Sequence record: ON190024.1
Strand: one strand, 5' to 3'
Length of the DNA: 64,000 bases
Position 1 is the first letter of the stretch. Every line of letters begins with the position of its first letter. This document shows positions 1-9,187 of this stretch, one piece after another. The notes beneath the pieces are model-generated. The model was not told the origin of the DNA. It worked only from the letters and a program-made list of their open reading frames with translations, and made no database searches. The translations under genes were made by a program, and so were the position numbers.

Positions 1-416
1 GCATCAATACGGAAGCGAGTTGTCGCAGTATCATTTTCACGTAAACTAAAATTACCACCATCGTTGATCAGATACCAACGCTTTGTACCGTCATTATCTT
101 GAAGCAACAGACGCGGAGAACCACCTCGAATCTCAATTTCATTCGCCGTATTTGTCAGTTTACCCGTCATCGTATCGCCGATCTTTTGAACGTAGCCACC
201 GCCCGCAATCGGGGCAAATCGAGCATCAGATTCAGCTTTTGTAAATGCAGAAGTCGTCCCACCGTTACCTAGTTCGCCTGGCAGTGGTGTGTCGTGTTCT
301 GTGTAAATTTTGTAGCCTTGGTAGCGGATAGTCTCGCCTTGCGGGTCAAAGCGAAGATTTCCTCCGTGCCAGACTATATTACCACCAATCGCGGTAGTTG
401 ATCTTAGTTCTGCCAT
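1..416 (-). CDS. long tail fibre paralog, N-terminal part (runs off window)
   Basis: Manual translation from ATG at 416: MAELRSTTAIGGNIVWHGGNLRFDPQGETIRYQGYKIYTE...ESDARFAPIAGGGYVQKIGDTMTG. The N-terminus is nearly identical to the 488-3772 protein. Not in the ORF track because it is truncated. Confidence 0.85.
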   Translation of the reverse strand, partial: MAELRSTTAIGGNIVWHGGNLRFDPQGETIRYQGYKIYTEHDTPLPGELGNGGTTSAFTKAESDARFAPIAGGGYVQKIGDTMTGKLTNTANEIEIRGGSPRLLLQDNDGTKRWYLINDGGNFSLRENDTATTRFRID

Positions 417-465
417 GTTATTCTCTCATTGAGTACGTTTATCATGTATTTATGAAGATACAAAA

Positions 466-487
466 AAAGCTCCCAAAGGAGCTTTTA
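466..487. terminator. intrinsic terminator hairpin (AGCTCC-caaa-GGAGCT, A/T flanks)
   Basis: Inverted repeat with A-run on one side and T-run on the other, directly after the tail-fibre stop. Confidence 0.8.
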
Positions 488-3400
488 TTAACTTAGTAGT
501 GCTTCTAGTCTAGCGATTCGTTCTTCAAGAGCTTCGCGTTTGCGCTTCTCTTCTTTAATACCCTCAATCAATAGACCAACCATATTTCCGTATGCAACTG
601 CATAGTGACCATCAGCATCGCCACCGGATTCAACAACAGCTTCTGGTAGAACTTCAAGAACTTCTTGAGCAATTACACCAGTTTGTCGCGGACATTCAAC
701 GTCTGTACGATCATATGTGTAACCATTCAGACGGTCAATTTTCTCAAGCGGATTTGTGATTCGCTCAACGTTAGTCTTGACTCGCGCATCCGAGTATGCT
801 GTAATATTACCAGCCGACTGAATGCTTTGATAGTAGTAGAAGCCGCTAGTCGCATCAGTTGAGTTGTGAAGCCAACTTGTGTTTCGATGACCAAAGTGCC
901 ACGTTTTACCATTATCAGAACGGAAAACCCAACTACCCTCATTTGAAGATCTCTGCATGTATCGTGTAGTATCGCCACCCAATGCAATGACGTTCTTAAC
1001 CATCAAGTTGCCGTTTGTCGTTAATGACATTGCCCCATCAGTCGCTGCGTCACTCGAATCACGCCACAAGAATCCACGATCCGTATCGTTGTTCATTGTG
1101 AACGTCATTGCGTAGTCATTCAACCAACCAAAGGATTGTGCGCTTGCCATGCCGATTGTATATGAACCACTAGACCACACTCGAATCTTATCATAAGAAG
1201 AAACACCAGTTGAGATCAATGTCCCATTGACTGTGAAGCTCCCATCAGAATGAGTATGATTGTGTGAATCATCCGCAACCGCAACAGATAATGCAACGTT
1301 TGCGCTACCGTCGATTGAAGCAGAACCACTTACATCGCCGTTCAGAGTCAGAGTACGAGCCGTAGTCCACTTATCTGCCAACGGGTGATAAGATGAGTTG
1401 TAGTTAGCACGCCATCCCGGTGCATAATTAGAACCATTATCAATGTAAATGAATTCTCGTCTAGTTGTCGCACCAGAAGCAGTTGTCGGTGTAATAACTT
1501 TGATTGTGCAGTTTGTTGTTGAAGTACCATGAACTTCAATCACAGAACCCGCAGTACCAAACACACCAAATCCCGTGTCTACTGTCACCTGAGCAGCATA
1601 TGACCAACTACCACGACATGTCCAGTACCAAGTTGAAAACGCGCCTTTTGCAGACAGCAATGAAATAAATTCAGCAGTCGTTACTCGATTATTTGTCCCA
1701 AATGAAATTTGACCTGCACCGTTAGTGCCTGTAACCTCTTGAGGAGACCATGATACGTTCGCTGTACCGTTTACAGACTTGCCAGTTTTCCCGATTGTCA
1801 ACGTTCTCGCAGTCGTCCACTTCGTCGCTTGTGTAGCTGAAGTCGCAGATGTTGCAGTCGTAGCGTTACCACTCAATGCCCCGATGAATGTCGGTGCTGT
1901 GATATTCACAGTCGATGTAATTGAAGTACTCTTAACTGAAAATTGTTTATTGTCAGCTAGTATACCACCGACGCCAAGAACAATCTCACCTGCCGTGTTT
2001 GAGTTGTGCAAATACACCGCAGTGCGGTTACCAATCAATCCAAATTTATCAACTTTAACCGTTTCAGATGCAGGAGCCGTATTGCCAGCAGAGTCAGTGA
2101 TGATCAATGATGAACTCATCGTATCACCAGTTTTCTGTACGTAGCCGCCGCCCGCAATAGGTGCGAATCTCGCGTCTGCTTCAGTCTCGGTGTAGTATCG
2201 ACCATCGTGCGTATGTGAGTCATTAGCAACCACAACAGACAAGGTAACGTTTGAGCTACCGTCGATTGAAGCAGAACCACTTACATCGCCGTTCAGAGTC
2301 AATGTTCTTGCAGTTGTCCACTTATCAGCCAATGGGTGATATTCATCATCGAAGATCTTCATCCACGCTGAACTAACACCAGACTCTCGACGCTTCCACC
2401 ATAGGCGATTACTATTCTGACCCATAGCAAGAGTCATTGCATAACCGTTACCGTTGTTGTGCTCAGTATGAACACCCCACATCCAACCAGTTTCTTCAGC
2501 AGGCTTACCCGTGATTGAGCTATTTACATCAATGAAACCGCTTCGTTGGTAATCATCAATGTCACCAGAAGATAGCTGCATCGAGCCGATTTTGCCGCCA
2601 GATGTTCCACCAAAACCGTAAACCACGTTACTTGACTGAGCTTGTGTAGTAGGTACATTCAAGTAACCAGTCATCGTATCGCCAGTCGCGTTTACGAAAC
2701 GAGCATCAGATTCTGCTTCGGTGTAGTAACGACCATCGTGAGTATGAGAGTCGTCAGCAACTGTAACTGCGAGTGAAATATTCGAGCTACCATCAAACGA
2801 AACTGATCCACTAACATCACCAGATAACGTCAACGTTCTTGCAGTTGTCCACTTATCAGCTTCTGGGTGGTAGTCGGTGTGGTACATATAAACCCAGTCT
2901 TCCCACACGTCTGCGTATCTCGTACGAAGTGCAATTGTACCTGAGTTGCCGCTTATACCATATGGGTAAGCAACTTGAGTCGCGTTAGTAGTCGAACCAT
3001 ATGTCATTGTCTGAGCATACCAGTAACCAGTAAACCCAGAAGGTCGATTTAAACCTTGTGATAACTTGTTGTAAAAGCCACCTCGATAAAGAGTATCCCA
3101 GTCAACTGTGGTATCAACACCCGATAGAGTACGCCCCGTCGCGATATATTCAGGGTTACTTGCGCTCAGACCAACTTCAGCGTATGTTGTATGATTTGGA
3201 ACAACTGTATTGATAGTGACGTTTGAACTACCGTCAATTGAAACTGAACCAGTTACTTCGCCTGATAGAGTAAGCGTTCTTGCAGTCGTCCATTTATCGG
3301 CATTTGGGTGATAGTTGTCTGCAAAAATTCGCTGCGTTGTGTTTAGATAACCAATACCGTTGATAACAACGTTGTTGTTTGATCTAGAACCGTACATGAC

Positions 3401-3772
3401 AACCGATTCAGAATTCGATTCACGTCTGATAATCTGCCATTGATTGACAACGCCATCATAGTGATAACGAACCCCGTGATTTCCGTTGTCCTCAGTCAAG
3501 TATAGACTTGCATCGGTGTTTGCAGTACTGCTCAAATGCAATTGCGCAGTCGATTTAGCGATTTGCAAATCGCCACTCATGACATCACCAGCACGTTTAA
3601 CAACAGACTCGGTTAAATCTGTATGAGGGTCTGGCTTGTCATTTTCTGTATAAAGTTTGTAGCCACTGTAAAGTACTGTTTCTCCTTGCGGATCGAAACG
3701 CAAATTACCGCCATGCCAAACTATGTTACCGCCAATCGCGGTTGTTGAACGTAATTCTGCCATTAGTTTCAT
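488..3772 (-). CDS. long tail fibre distal subunit (gp37-like) with C-terminal intramolecular chaperone (peptidase S74-like)
   Basis: Repeated HPxADKWTTARTLTLxGDVSGSxSxDGS modules. C-terminal YSDARVKTNVERI...GVIAQEV...VAYGNMVGLLIEGIKE plus coiled coil is typical of the autocleaving chaperone. Confidence 0.85.
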   Translation of the reverse strand: MKLMAELRSTTAIGGNIVWHGGNLRFDPQGETVLYSGYKLYTENDKPDPHTDLTESVVKRAGDVMSGDLQIAKSTAQLHLSSTANTDASLYLTEDNGNHGVRYHYDGVVNQWQIIRRESNSESVVMYGSRSNNNVVINGIGYLNTTQRIFADNYHPNADKWTTARTLTLSGEVTGSVSIDGSSNVTINTVVPNHTTYAEVGLSASNPEYIATGRTLSGVDTTVDWDTLYRGGFYNKLSQGLNRPSGFTGYWYAQTMTYGSTTNATQVAYPYGISGNSGTIALRTRYADVWEDWVYMYHTDYHPEADKWTTARTLTLSGDVSGSVSFDGSSNISLAVTVADDSHTHDGRYYTEAESDARFVNATGDTMTGYLNVPTTQAQSSNVVYGFGGTSGGKIGSMQLSSGDIDDYQRSGFIDVNSSITGKPAEETGWMWGVHTEHNNGNGYAMTLAMGQNSNRLWWKRRESGVSSAWMKIFDDEYHPLADKWTTARTLTLNGDVSGSASIDGSSNVTLSVVVANDSHTHDGRYYTETEADARFAPIAGGGYVQKTGDTMSSSLIITDSAGNTAPASETVKVDKFGLIGNRTAVYLHNSNTAGEIVLGVGGILADNKQFSVKSTSITSTVNITAPTFIGALSGNATTATSATSATQATKWTTARTLTIGKTGKSVNGTANVSWSPQEVTGTNGAGQISFGTNNRVTTAEFISLLSAKGAFSTWYWTCRGSWSYAAQVTVDTGFGVFGTAGSVIEVHGTSTTNCTIKVITPTTASGATTRREFIYIDNGSNYAPGWRANYNSSYHPLADKWTTARTLTLNGDVSGSASIDGSANVALSVAVADDSHNHTHSDGSFTVNGTLISTGVSSYDKIRVWSSGSYTIGMASAQSFGWLNDYAMTFTMNNDTDRGFLWRDSSDAATDGAMSLTTNGNLMVKNVIALGGDTTRYMQRSSNEGSWVFRSDNGKTWHFGHRNTSWLHNSTDATSGFYYYQSIQSAGNITAYSDARVKTNVERITNPLEKIDRLNGYTYDRTDVECPRQTGVIAQEVLEVLPEAVVESGGDADGHYAVAYGNMVGLLIEGIKEEKRKREALEERIARLEALLS

Positions 3773-3827
3773 TCCATTTATTGAAATTTTTCATATGACA
3801 GTATTTATTATGCCGTAAAAAAGGGCG

Positions 3828-4358
3828 CTATTTGCGCCCTTTACGATTTGCCTTATTTGCTTTTCTTTTTGCTCTACGCAACTCTTTGCGTTTTGCGATT
3901 TTGTCTGCACGTCTAACTGCATCATAATCCGCAGCACACGACGCAGCAAACGCATCAGGCTTGAAAACGGGTTCTTGACCCACGTATCCCAAGATAGTGC
4001 CCTTAGCTTCGTTATACGCAACGTGTGAACGATGGGATGGGTCTGGGTTGATGTCAACGTGAACTTCAAACCCACGAGTACCACACATTGGCTTAACACG
4101 CAGGGCGGTTTCACCTGCTTTATAGACTTCATTCATCAAACGACTACGAATACCATCTTTACAAGACATGTACGCTGGTTCAGTTTCGATAGATTTGAAT
4201 ACTTGAGCGCCTTTACTACCCTCAAGGTGAATGATGATTACAGTAGCGTAACTAATCATATCACTCTTACGCTTGCTATCACACCCAACATAAATCGTAC
4301 TGTTCGGATGACTGTTATTGATAGCTGTTTCAATTGCTTCCCAATCGAACATTTTCAC
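3828..4358 (-). CDS. RNase H-like nuclease (YkuK/DUF458-like)
   Basis: IYVGCDS, RLMNEV, VHVDIN and KPDAFAASCAAD motifs with conserved acidic residues; basic C-tail. Confidence 0.7.
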   Translation of the reverse strand: MKMFDWEAIETAINNSHPNSTIYVGCDSKRKSDMISYATVIIIHLEGSKGAQVFKSIETEPAYMSCKDGIRSRLMNEVYKAGETALRVKPMCGTRGFEVHVDINPDPSHRSHVAYNEAKGTILGYVGQEPVFKPDAFAASCAADYDAVRRADKIAKRKELRRAKRKANKANRKGRK

Positions 4359-4367
4359 CTCTGTACA

Positions 4368-4393
4368 AAAAAAGGCGGCACAATGCCGCCCCT
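4368..4393 (-). terminator. intrinsic terminator after DUF2828 gene
   Basis: Minus strand GGGGCGGC-attgt-GCCGCC followed by a T-run. Confidence 0.8.
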
Positions 4394-4403
4394 TATCACT
4401 TAT

Positions 4404-5840
4404 TTAAAAGCTGTAGCGATCAACGCCTACAGTTTTCAGCATGATCTTGACTGGCTCAAGCTCACCACCCAACAGTGAAGTCAGGATAGATGGGCTACAA
4501 CCCGATACCAGTGCAGTACCCGCTTCGCCAGCTTTAACCGGAACGTTGCCAAGACGACCACGAATGTTCCAGAAGACTAGTTGTGGCATTTCATAGCCAG
4601 CACGTGCGTACATAGCTTTGATTGCGTCGAAGTTTGCACGTTCGCCGCGACCGTACCAGCCACCACCAGTATTTGCTTGGTCGAATTCCATGTCGCTCAT
4701 GATAAGCAACTTAGTTGGCATTTCTTCTTGTGAAAGATTTGCACGTTTTGCACGTTCTAACAGAACGTTGAAGCACTTACCGATGTTTGTGCTCATGTCT
4801 TCGCCTGATCGATTCATGTTGTCAAGACGCTCTTTTAGTGAGCTACCGCGTAACTGGTGGAAGTGCGGATCGCTTGAGAACGAAATGAACTGATCTTTGA
4901 AGATGCCTTCATTGCGTTCAGCAACATAGATGCCAAGAGACATTGCAACTTGCTTACAAGTCACACCTGAACGATCTGTACCTGCGTTGATTGGCGTGCT
5001 CATAGAGCCAGACACGTCAACAACTGGGATGATGCGCTCATCAGAGCCTTCCATGTAGTTCGGCAGAGCCTTCCATTGCTCGTTCGCTACAGACGCATTA
5101 CCATGACTAACGCTCTTAACGACATCATATGGGAACAAGGCACCAGCGTTGATCTTCGCTTCACCTTTTTGAAGCGACTCGATGTAGCTTGTGTAACGAG
5201 CAGAAGCGTTACGACCGAATGCTTGTTGATAACGAGCCGACGCTACAGATGGCAACTTACCGAAGTCGATTGTATCCCATTCTTGCGCACACATCTTCTG
5301 TTCAACAGTGTCAGACAAAAGTGCTAGAATCTTACGCCACTGCTTCGCAGTTACGCCAAGAGACTTGATTGTGCGCTTGAACACATGACCGTTTTTGCTG
5401 TTCTCGCGTGGGAACCACTTCGCAGCGAGACTGTTCTTGTCGTTTACAATCGCATTTGACCACAATGTGATCGCGTCTTTTTCAAGACTTGTACCGAACG
5501 CAGAAATCAAGTCGTCGAAACGACCTAGTTCTGGAATTTTCGACATTACAGCACGAGCTACGTCAGGCTGCTCATTACAAAGCTTAGTGAATAGAGTACG
5601 GAAAGTACCACGTTCACCCGCACCACCGCGAACATCACGAGACCACAAAAGAATGCGTGTCGCTAGTTCTGGGTTTTCTGCAAACGCACGACCGAACAGT
5701 GTTTTAGACTGATCGTTACCACGCATAGCAGCAATACCGAAGAACAAGTTTAGACACTCGTTACCTGAAGTGCTGTGAGTAACTGCACCGTTTGCTGTAC
5801 GTGAATCGTTAGTGGTCATTGCGTTCATAAATGCTGACAT
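4404..5840 (-). CDS. DUF2828-family TROVE/Ro60-like protein with C-terminal vWA domain
   Basis: N-terminal NGAVTHSTSGNECLNLFF, WSRDVRGGAGER, GRFDDL and AAKWFPRE motifs. vWA MIDAS DVSGS plus MSDMEFD and VFWN. The Ro60/TROVE relationship is from family recall, not from a search. Confidence 0.75.
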   Translation of the reverse strand: MSAFMNAMTTNDSRTANGAVTHSTSGNECLNLFFGIAAMRGNDQSKTLFGRAFAENPELATRILLWSRDVRGGAGERGTFRTLFTKLCNEQPDVARAVMSKIPELGRFDDLISAFGTSLEKDAITLWSNAIVNDKNSLAAKWFPRENSKNGHVFKRTIKSLGVTAKQWRKILALLSDTVEQKMCAQEWDTIDFGKLPSVASARYQQAFGRNASARYTSYIESLQKGEAKINAGALFPYDVVKSVSHGNASVANEQWKALPNYMEGSDERIIPVVDVSGSMSTPINAGTDRSGVTCKQVAMSLGIYVAERNEGIFKDQFISFSSDPHFHQLRGSSLKERLDNMNRSGEDMSTNIGKCFNVLLERAKRANLSQEEMPTKLLIMSDMEFDQANTGGGWYGRGERANFDAIKAMYARAGYEMPQLVFWNIRGRLGNVPVKAGEAGTALVSGCSPSILTSLLGGELEPVKIMLKTVGVDRYSF

Positions 5841-5889
5841 TGTTTATTCCTCATATTAAATTGCTGTAAAATGTCGTTTCGATGTGATG

Positions 5890-5918
5890 ATTATACACGG
5901 ATTTGAACCCGTGTAAAC
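5890..5918 (-). promoter_or_regulatory. T4-early-type promoter of DUF2828 gene
   Basis: GTTTAC-17 nt-TATAAT on the minus strand; the spacer contains an inverted repeat. Confidence 0.85.
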
Positions 5919-5932
5919 ACTTTTTTCAATTT

Positions 5933-6247
5933 TTATCGAAAATTCATTCGAGTTAGATTCGTACCGTTTTCGTGAATCTCAACTAGCACGCGACCGCCCG
6001 TTTCATAAGACGTTCGGAGAGAACGATAACCATGCTCTTCGAAGAATGTACGAATAATAGTCGCACCACGCTTGTCTTTATCAGCAGCGTGAATGGGCAC
6101 TTTTACGATGATAGGGAAACTAGACCCCGACTCAACTGCGTGCATGAATTCTTTCTCACATTCGCTCGTGTAATGCTCGGTAAGAATTCGTTTTTCTTCT
6201 GCTTCACGAGCGTGAATTTGTTGTTTGAGTTCATTATGATTAATCAT
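5933..6247 (-). CDS. hypothetical protein
   Basis: 104-aa ORF with overlapping stop/start to its neighbour. Confidence 0.7.
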   Translation of the reverse strand: MINHNELKQQIHAREAEEKRILTEHYTSECEKEFMHAVESGSSFPIIVKVPIHAADKDKRGATIIRTFFEEHGYRSLRTSYETGGRVLVEIHENGTNLTRMNFR

Positions 6248-6579
6248 TGAAACCCCGCTTGTTTGTTTTCTCGAATTGTCAATTTGACAAAAGAATATGA
6301 GTAATCTCTCATATCACGCGGATCGCCAGAGTAATGCCCGAGCTGTGCGTCGAAGTTATGAAAACCCTCGCGTCGCATGACGCCTTTGATGAGAGACATC
6401 ATTTCATCACAACATTCATTGCGGTCAACATTCACCTGAATCGTGATTGGAAACTGAAACCCAGCAACGCCACCGATTTTACGTTCGATTGCTTTGCGCA
6501 TTTCAACTACGAAGAGTTCTTCACGAGTTGAGCGATTCTGTTTGACTTTTTGAATTAATGTATCGTATAAATTACCCAT
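6244..6579 (-). CDS. hypothetical protein
   Basis: Likely start MGNLYD at 6579, overlapping the upstream stop. Confidence 0.65.
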   Translation of the reverse strand: MGNLYDTLIQKVKQNRSTREELFVVEMRKAIERKIGGVAGFQFPITIQVNVDRNECCDEMMSLIKGVMRREGFHNFDAQLGHYSGDPRDMRDYSYSFVKLTIRENKQAGFQ

Positions 6580-6946
6580 CAATATATTCCTTAATCGGCT
6601 TAGAAAAGTGACGAATACAAGAACTGTCAAGTCGTTTACGACCATCACCATCTATATCAGGTAGTGTGTATTCGTCATTAAACGGCTGACCGCTTTCTTT
6701 CGCAATCTCATAGGCATCGGCTCGATTGAAGTATTCACCACAATAGTTGATAAACCCCTGACCGCGATCCCCGAGTTCGTTTCGATGTTCATATGTACAA
6801 CCTAGTTCTTTCAATAACTTAAAGACTGATTGCATGTTTCGACCGAAATGGCAGCTATCAGCAACAACAATGTCGCGCACTTCACCGTTCGGTAGTGTCA
6901 CTCGAATTGCATTAGCAGCAGACGATATTACATTGACGTGCGACAT
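6572..6946 (-). CDS. conserved phage hypothetical protein
   Basis: QGFINYCGEYFNRADAYEIAKESGQ resembles a common phage family of unknown function. Confidence 0.65.
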   Translation of the reverse strand: MSHVNVISSAANAIRVTLPNGEVRDIVVADSCHFGRNMQSVFKLLKELGCTYEHRNELGDRGQGFINYCGEYFNRADAYEIAKESGQPFNDEYTLPDIDGDGRKRLDSSCIRHFSKPIKEYIDG

Positions 6947-7284
6947 GTATCGTACCTCATAAAAATTGAACCGACGCGCTTATACTGACCAGAGTGAGAA
7001 AGCAACAGAGCCATTTTACTATGACCAACGGGATTGCTTGTCACTAGAACAACAGTGCGCGGAAAATTACGATGATCAATCGCATGAGAGAGAATATCAT
7101 ACCCCTCTCTACCAACATCATCACCTAGGTCATTATCCATGAATAGAGTGATGTCAGTTAGATTTGTGTGCTTGACGAAATTCATACCGTCTTCGAATGT
7201 TCGAATTACGAGTTTTTCATCATCACGTACGTAATCAGACGTGAACTTATCAATGTCGCGCTGATCATCAATCATGACGTGCAT
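6928..7284 (-). CDS. cyclic-phosphate-processing receiver-like domain protein (cREC-like)
   Basis: IDDQR ... MDNDLG ... GYDIL ... TSNPVG pattern of the stand-alone divergent receiver family linked to RNA repair. Confidence 0.7.
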   Translation of the reverse strand: MHVMIDDQRDIDKFTSDYVRDDEKLVIRTFEDGMNFVKHTNLTDITLFMDNDLGDDVGREGYDILSHAIDHRNFPRTVVLVTSNPVGHSKMALLLSHSGQYKRVGSIFMRYDTCRTSM

Positions 7285-7316
7285 AATATTTCTCTTTCGT
7301 TAGTGTTGATAAATAC

Positions 7317-7345
7317 ATCATACAGGTTCAACAAACGGAAGTCAA
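7317..7345 (-). promoter_or_regulatory. sigma70-type early promoter for the 7284->5933 operon
   Basis: TTGACT-17 nt-TATGAT on the minus strand. Confidence 0.75.
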
Positions 7346-7346
7346 C

Positions 7347-7718
7347 ATGAAAGACGAAAAAATTATTTCTTTTGATGAATACCTAAACGAAGGGTGGTTT
7401 GAAAGGCAATGGGCTAGATATAAGGCAGGTGAAGATGCACGCAGCATAAAGAAACTAGCTAAGATGCATACCAAGCTTCTACACATCGAACAGAAAGCAA
7501 AGCAAAACAAATACCGATACGAAGCCGTACGGTTCAACTACGAACACATCAAAATGAATGTGCTCGATGCCAAGAAGCTAATTAACAAGCTGCGATACAA
7601 GAAAGGGATTAGTCAAGAGCTAGTTCAGGCAATGGATAAACTAGACATTGAACTTGATAGACTCAACGACTTTGCCGTTGAGGGATTGCATGAGCTAATG
7701 ATTCAACATAAGCTATAA
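7347..7718 (+). CDS. hypothetical late protein, possible internal head protein
   Basis: TAAATA late-type promoter upstream, N-terminus MKDEKIISFDEYLNE, followed by a terminator. Confidence 0.65.
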   Translation: MKDEKIISFDEYLNEGWFERQWARYKAGEDARSIKKLAKMHTKLLHIEQKAKQNKYRYEAVRFNYEHIKMNVLDAKKLINKLRYKKGISQELVQAMDKLDIELDRLNDFAVEGLHELMIQHKL

Positions 7719-7721
7719 AAG

Positions 7722-7748
7722 AAAAGCCCCGTTTTGGGGCTTTTTTTG
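7722..7748. terminator. bidirectional intrinsic terminator
   Basis: AAAAGCCCC-gtttt-GGGGCTTTTTTTT between convergent genes. Confidence 0.8.
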
Positions 7749-7749
7749 T

Positions 7750-7962
7750 TTAATGTGAGTGGCGTAACTTCTTTTCGATCATTCGATCTACAATCGTGGA
7801 GTACATAAGATGCTCTTTGTAGTATTTCTCATCAACTCGGTTGCACTGGAATTGTCGAAAATCTTTGCGTAAGCGGGCAATGAATTTATTAAGTGCTTTG
7901 CGCACTTTGCAAACTTCAGACAGTTCCATGCTTTTTAGTGTATCTTCAGAAAGTATTTCCAT
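7750..7962 (-). CDS. hypothetical protein
   Basis: 70-aa ORF with GAGG SD. Confidence 0.6.
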   Translation of the reverse strand: MEILSEDTLKSMELSEVCKVRKALNKFIARLRKDFRQFQCNRVDEKYYKEHLMYSTIVDRMIEKKLRHSH

Positions 7963-7991
7963 GATTGTTCACCTCTTAGTTAATAGAATAC

Positions 7992-8036
7992 GGGAGACAC
8001 GGGAATCGAACCCATTGCCTTGACCACATATCTCCC
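7992..8036 (-). ncRNA. miniature tRNA-like element (acceptor + T arm, no anticodon arm, no CCA)
   Basis: GGGAGATA-TGTGGTCAAGGCAA-TGGG-TTCGATT-CCCG-TGTCTCCC. Confidence 0.45.
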
Positions 8037-8060
8037 ACTGAGAGTTACGGCAATCTGAGG

Positions 8061-8291
8061 TTAGTGTGCTAGACGCATCAAACGGCGCATACGTTCGCGT
8101 TCAGATAAATCTTCCAAATTTTCTTGTTTCACCTCTTTGATTTCTTCTTCGGGTTCTTCAGCTTCCTTTTTGATTTTTTCAGCATCGGGACCGATGTTTT
8201 TCCAAAGCGAAGCATTTCGCCAGTTATCGTTAAAACCATTACCTAAACCGCGCCCTTCACGCGCATGAGATTTTTGATGAATGTTTTTCAT
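8061..8291 (-). CDS. hypothetical small charged protein
   Basis: 76-aa ORF whose start overlaps the upstream stop; part of it lies in the 127-bp duplication. Confidence 0.6.
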   Translation of the reverse strand: MKNIHQKSHAREGRGLGNGFNDNWRNASLWKNIGPDAEKIKKEAEEPEEEIKEVKQENLEDLSERERMRRLMRLAH

Positions 8292-8600
8292 TATTCGTTA
8301 GATTTCTTTGTTACTTGTCTTGCTACGCCAACAGCAGCAGCACCAGCAGCTACTTTAGCACCTGTTTTTGCCGNNNNNNNNNNNNNNNNNNNNNNNNNNN
8401 NNNNNNNNNNNNNNNNNNNNNNNNNNNNNNNNNNNNNNNNNNNNNNNNNNNNNNNNNNNNNNNNNNNNNNNNNACCGCGCCCTTCACGCGCATGAGATTT
8501 TTGATGAATGTTTTTCATTATTCGTTAGATTTCTTTGTTACTTGTCTTGCTACGCCAACAGCAGCAGCACCAGCAGCTACTTTAGCACCTGTTTTTGCCG
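8247..8600. other. assembly gap (100 N) flanked by an exact 127-bp duplication
   Basis: 8247-8373 is identical to 8474-8600. Confidence 0.9.
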
Positions 8601-8724
8601 CCTTACCGGCTTTTTTAGCGCCCGACTTGATACGATCTTTTACAGAACGTTTCTTTTTCTTTTTGTCTTCTGGGCGCGACTCTTCGATTTCTGACATGAA
8701 TTTGTCAAAGGTTTTCTCACTCAT
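8518..8724 (-). CDS. small basic late protein, possible internal head protein
   Basis: MSEKTFDKFMSEIEE N-terminus, Lys/Ala-rich, TAAATA upstream. Confidence 0.65.
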   Translation of the reverse strand: MSEKTFDKFMSEIEESRPEDKKKKKRSVKDRIKSGAKKAGKAAKTGAKVAAGAAAVGVARQVTKKSNE

Positions 8725-8761
8725 GACCTATCTCCAGTTAATTGAGTTCATTTGTATTTAG

Positions 8762-9139
8762 TCATGAAAAATCGAACTTTCGGGTTAATTGCACATCAAA
8801 TTTGCGCTCGAAACGACAACGCTCAGTACCGTAAAGCACATCATCGAGCGTAAAGCGTTTACGTTTTTGCGTGTGTAGGTTCATATAACGCTCTAGAGCA
8901 GCTTCTGAGTCGAATTCAATACGTTCACAACGTCTTTGTTCGGATGTCTGAGAATAATCGCTTACAACGCGATACAGAAACAATCCGCGTATCACAACTG
9001 CATTAAGAGAATTTGAAGTTTTTACAGTAACGCCGTCAATATCACCGAATTCACTCATGGTAAAGATTATCTCTGAGTCTGGCATTTCAGCGACGCGCTT
9101 CATTTTAGCTATTGATGTTCGTTTATTAGATTTGTACAT
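8762..9139 (-). CDS. hypothetical protein
   Basis: 125-aa ORF with GAGG SD. Confidence 0.6.
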   Translation of the reverse strand: MYKSNKRTSIAKMKRVAEMPDSEIIFTMSEFGDIDGVTVKTSNSLNAVVIRGLFLYRVVSDYSQTSEQRRCERIEFDSEAALERYMNLHTQKRKRFTLDDVLYGTERCRFERKFDVQLTRKFDFS

Positions 9140-9187
9140 TTTATCACCTCATAACGACTGTACACGATTTATCAGACGCCATAAACA

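Noticed and set aside
488-3772. Diversity-generating retroelement acting on the tail fibre
   Set aside because: Repeats show no adenine-specific mismatch pattern, and no reverse transcriptase is in the window.
8247-8600. Apparent tandem duplication of two small genes around an N gap
   Set aside because: An exact 127-bp duplication flanking exactly 100 N is the signature of a k-mer overlap at a scaffold join, not biology.
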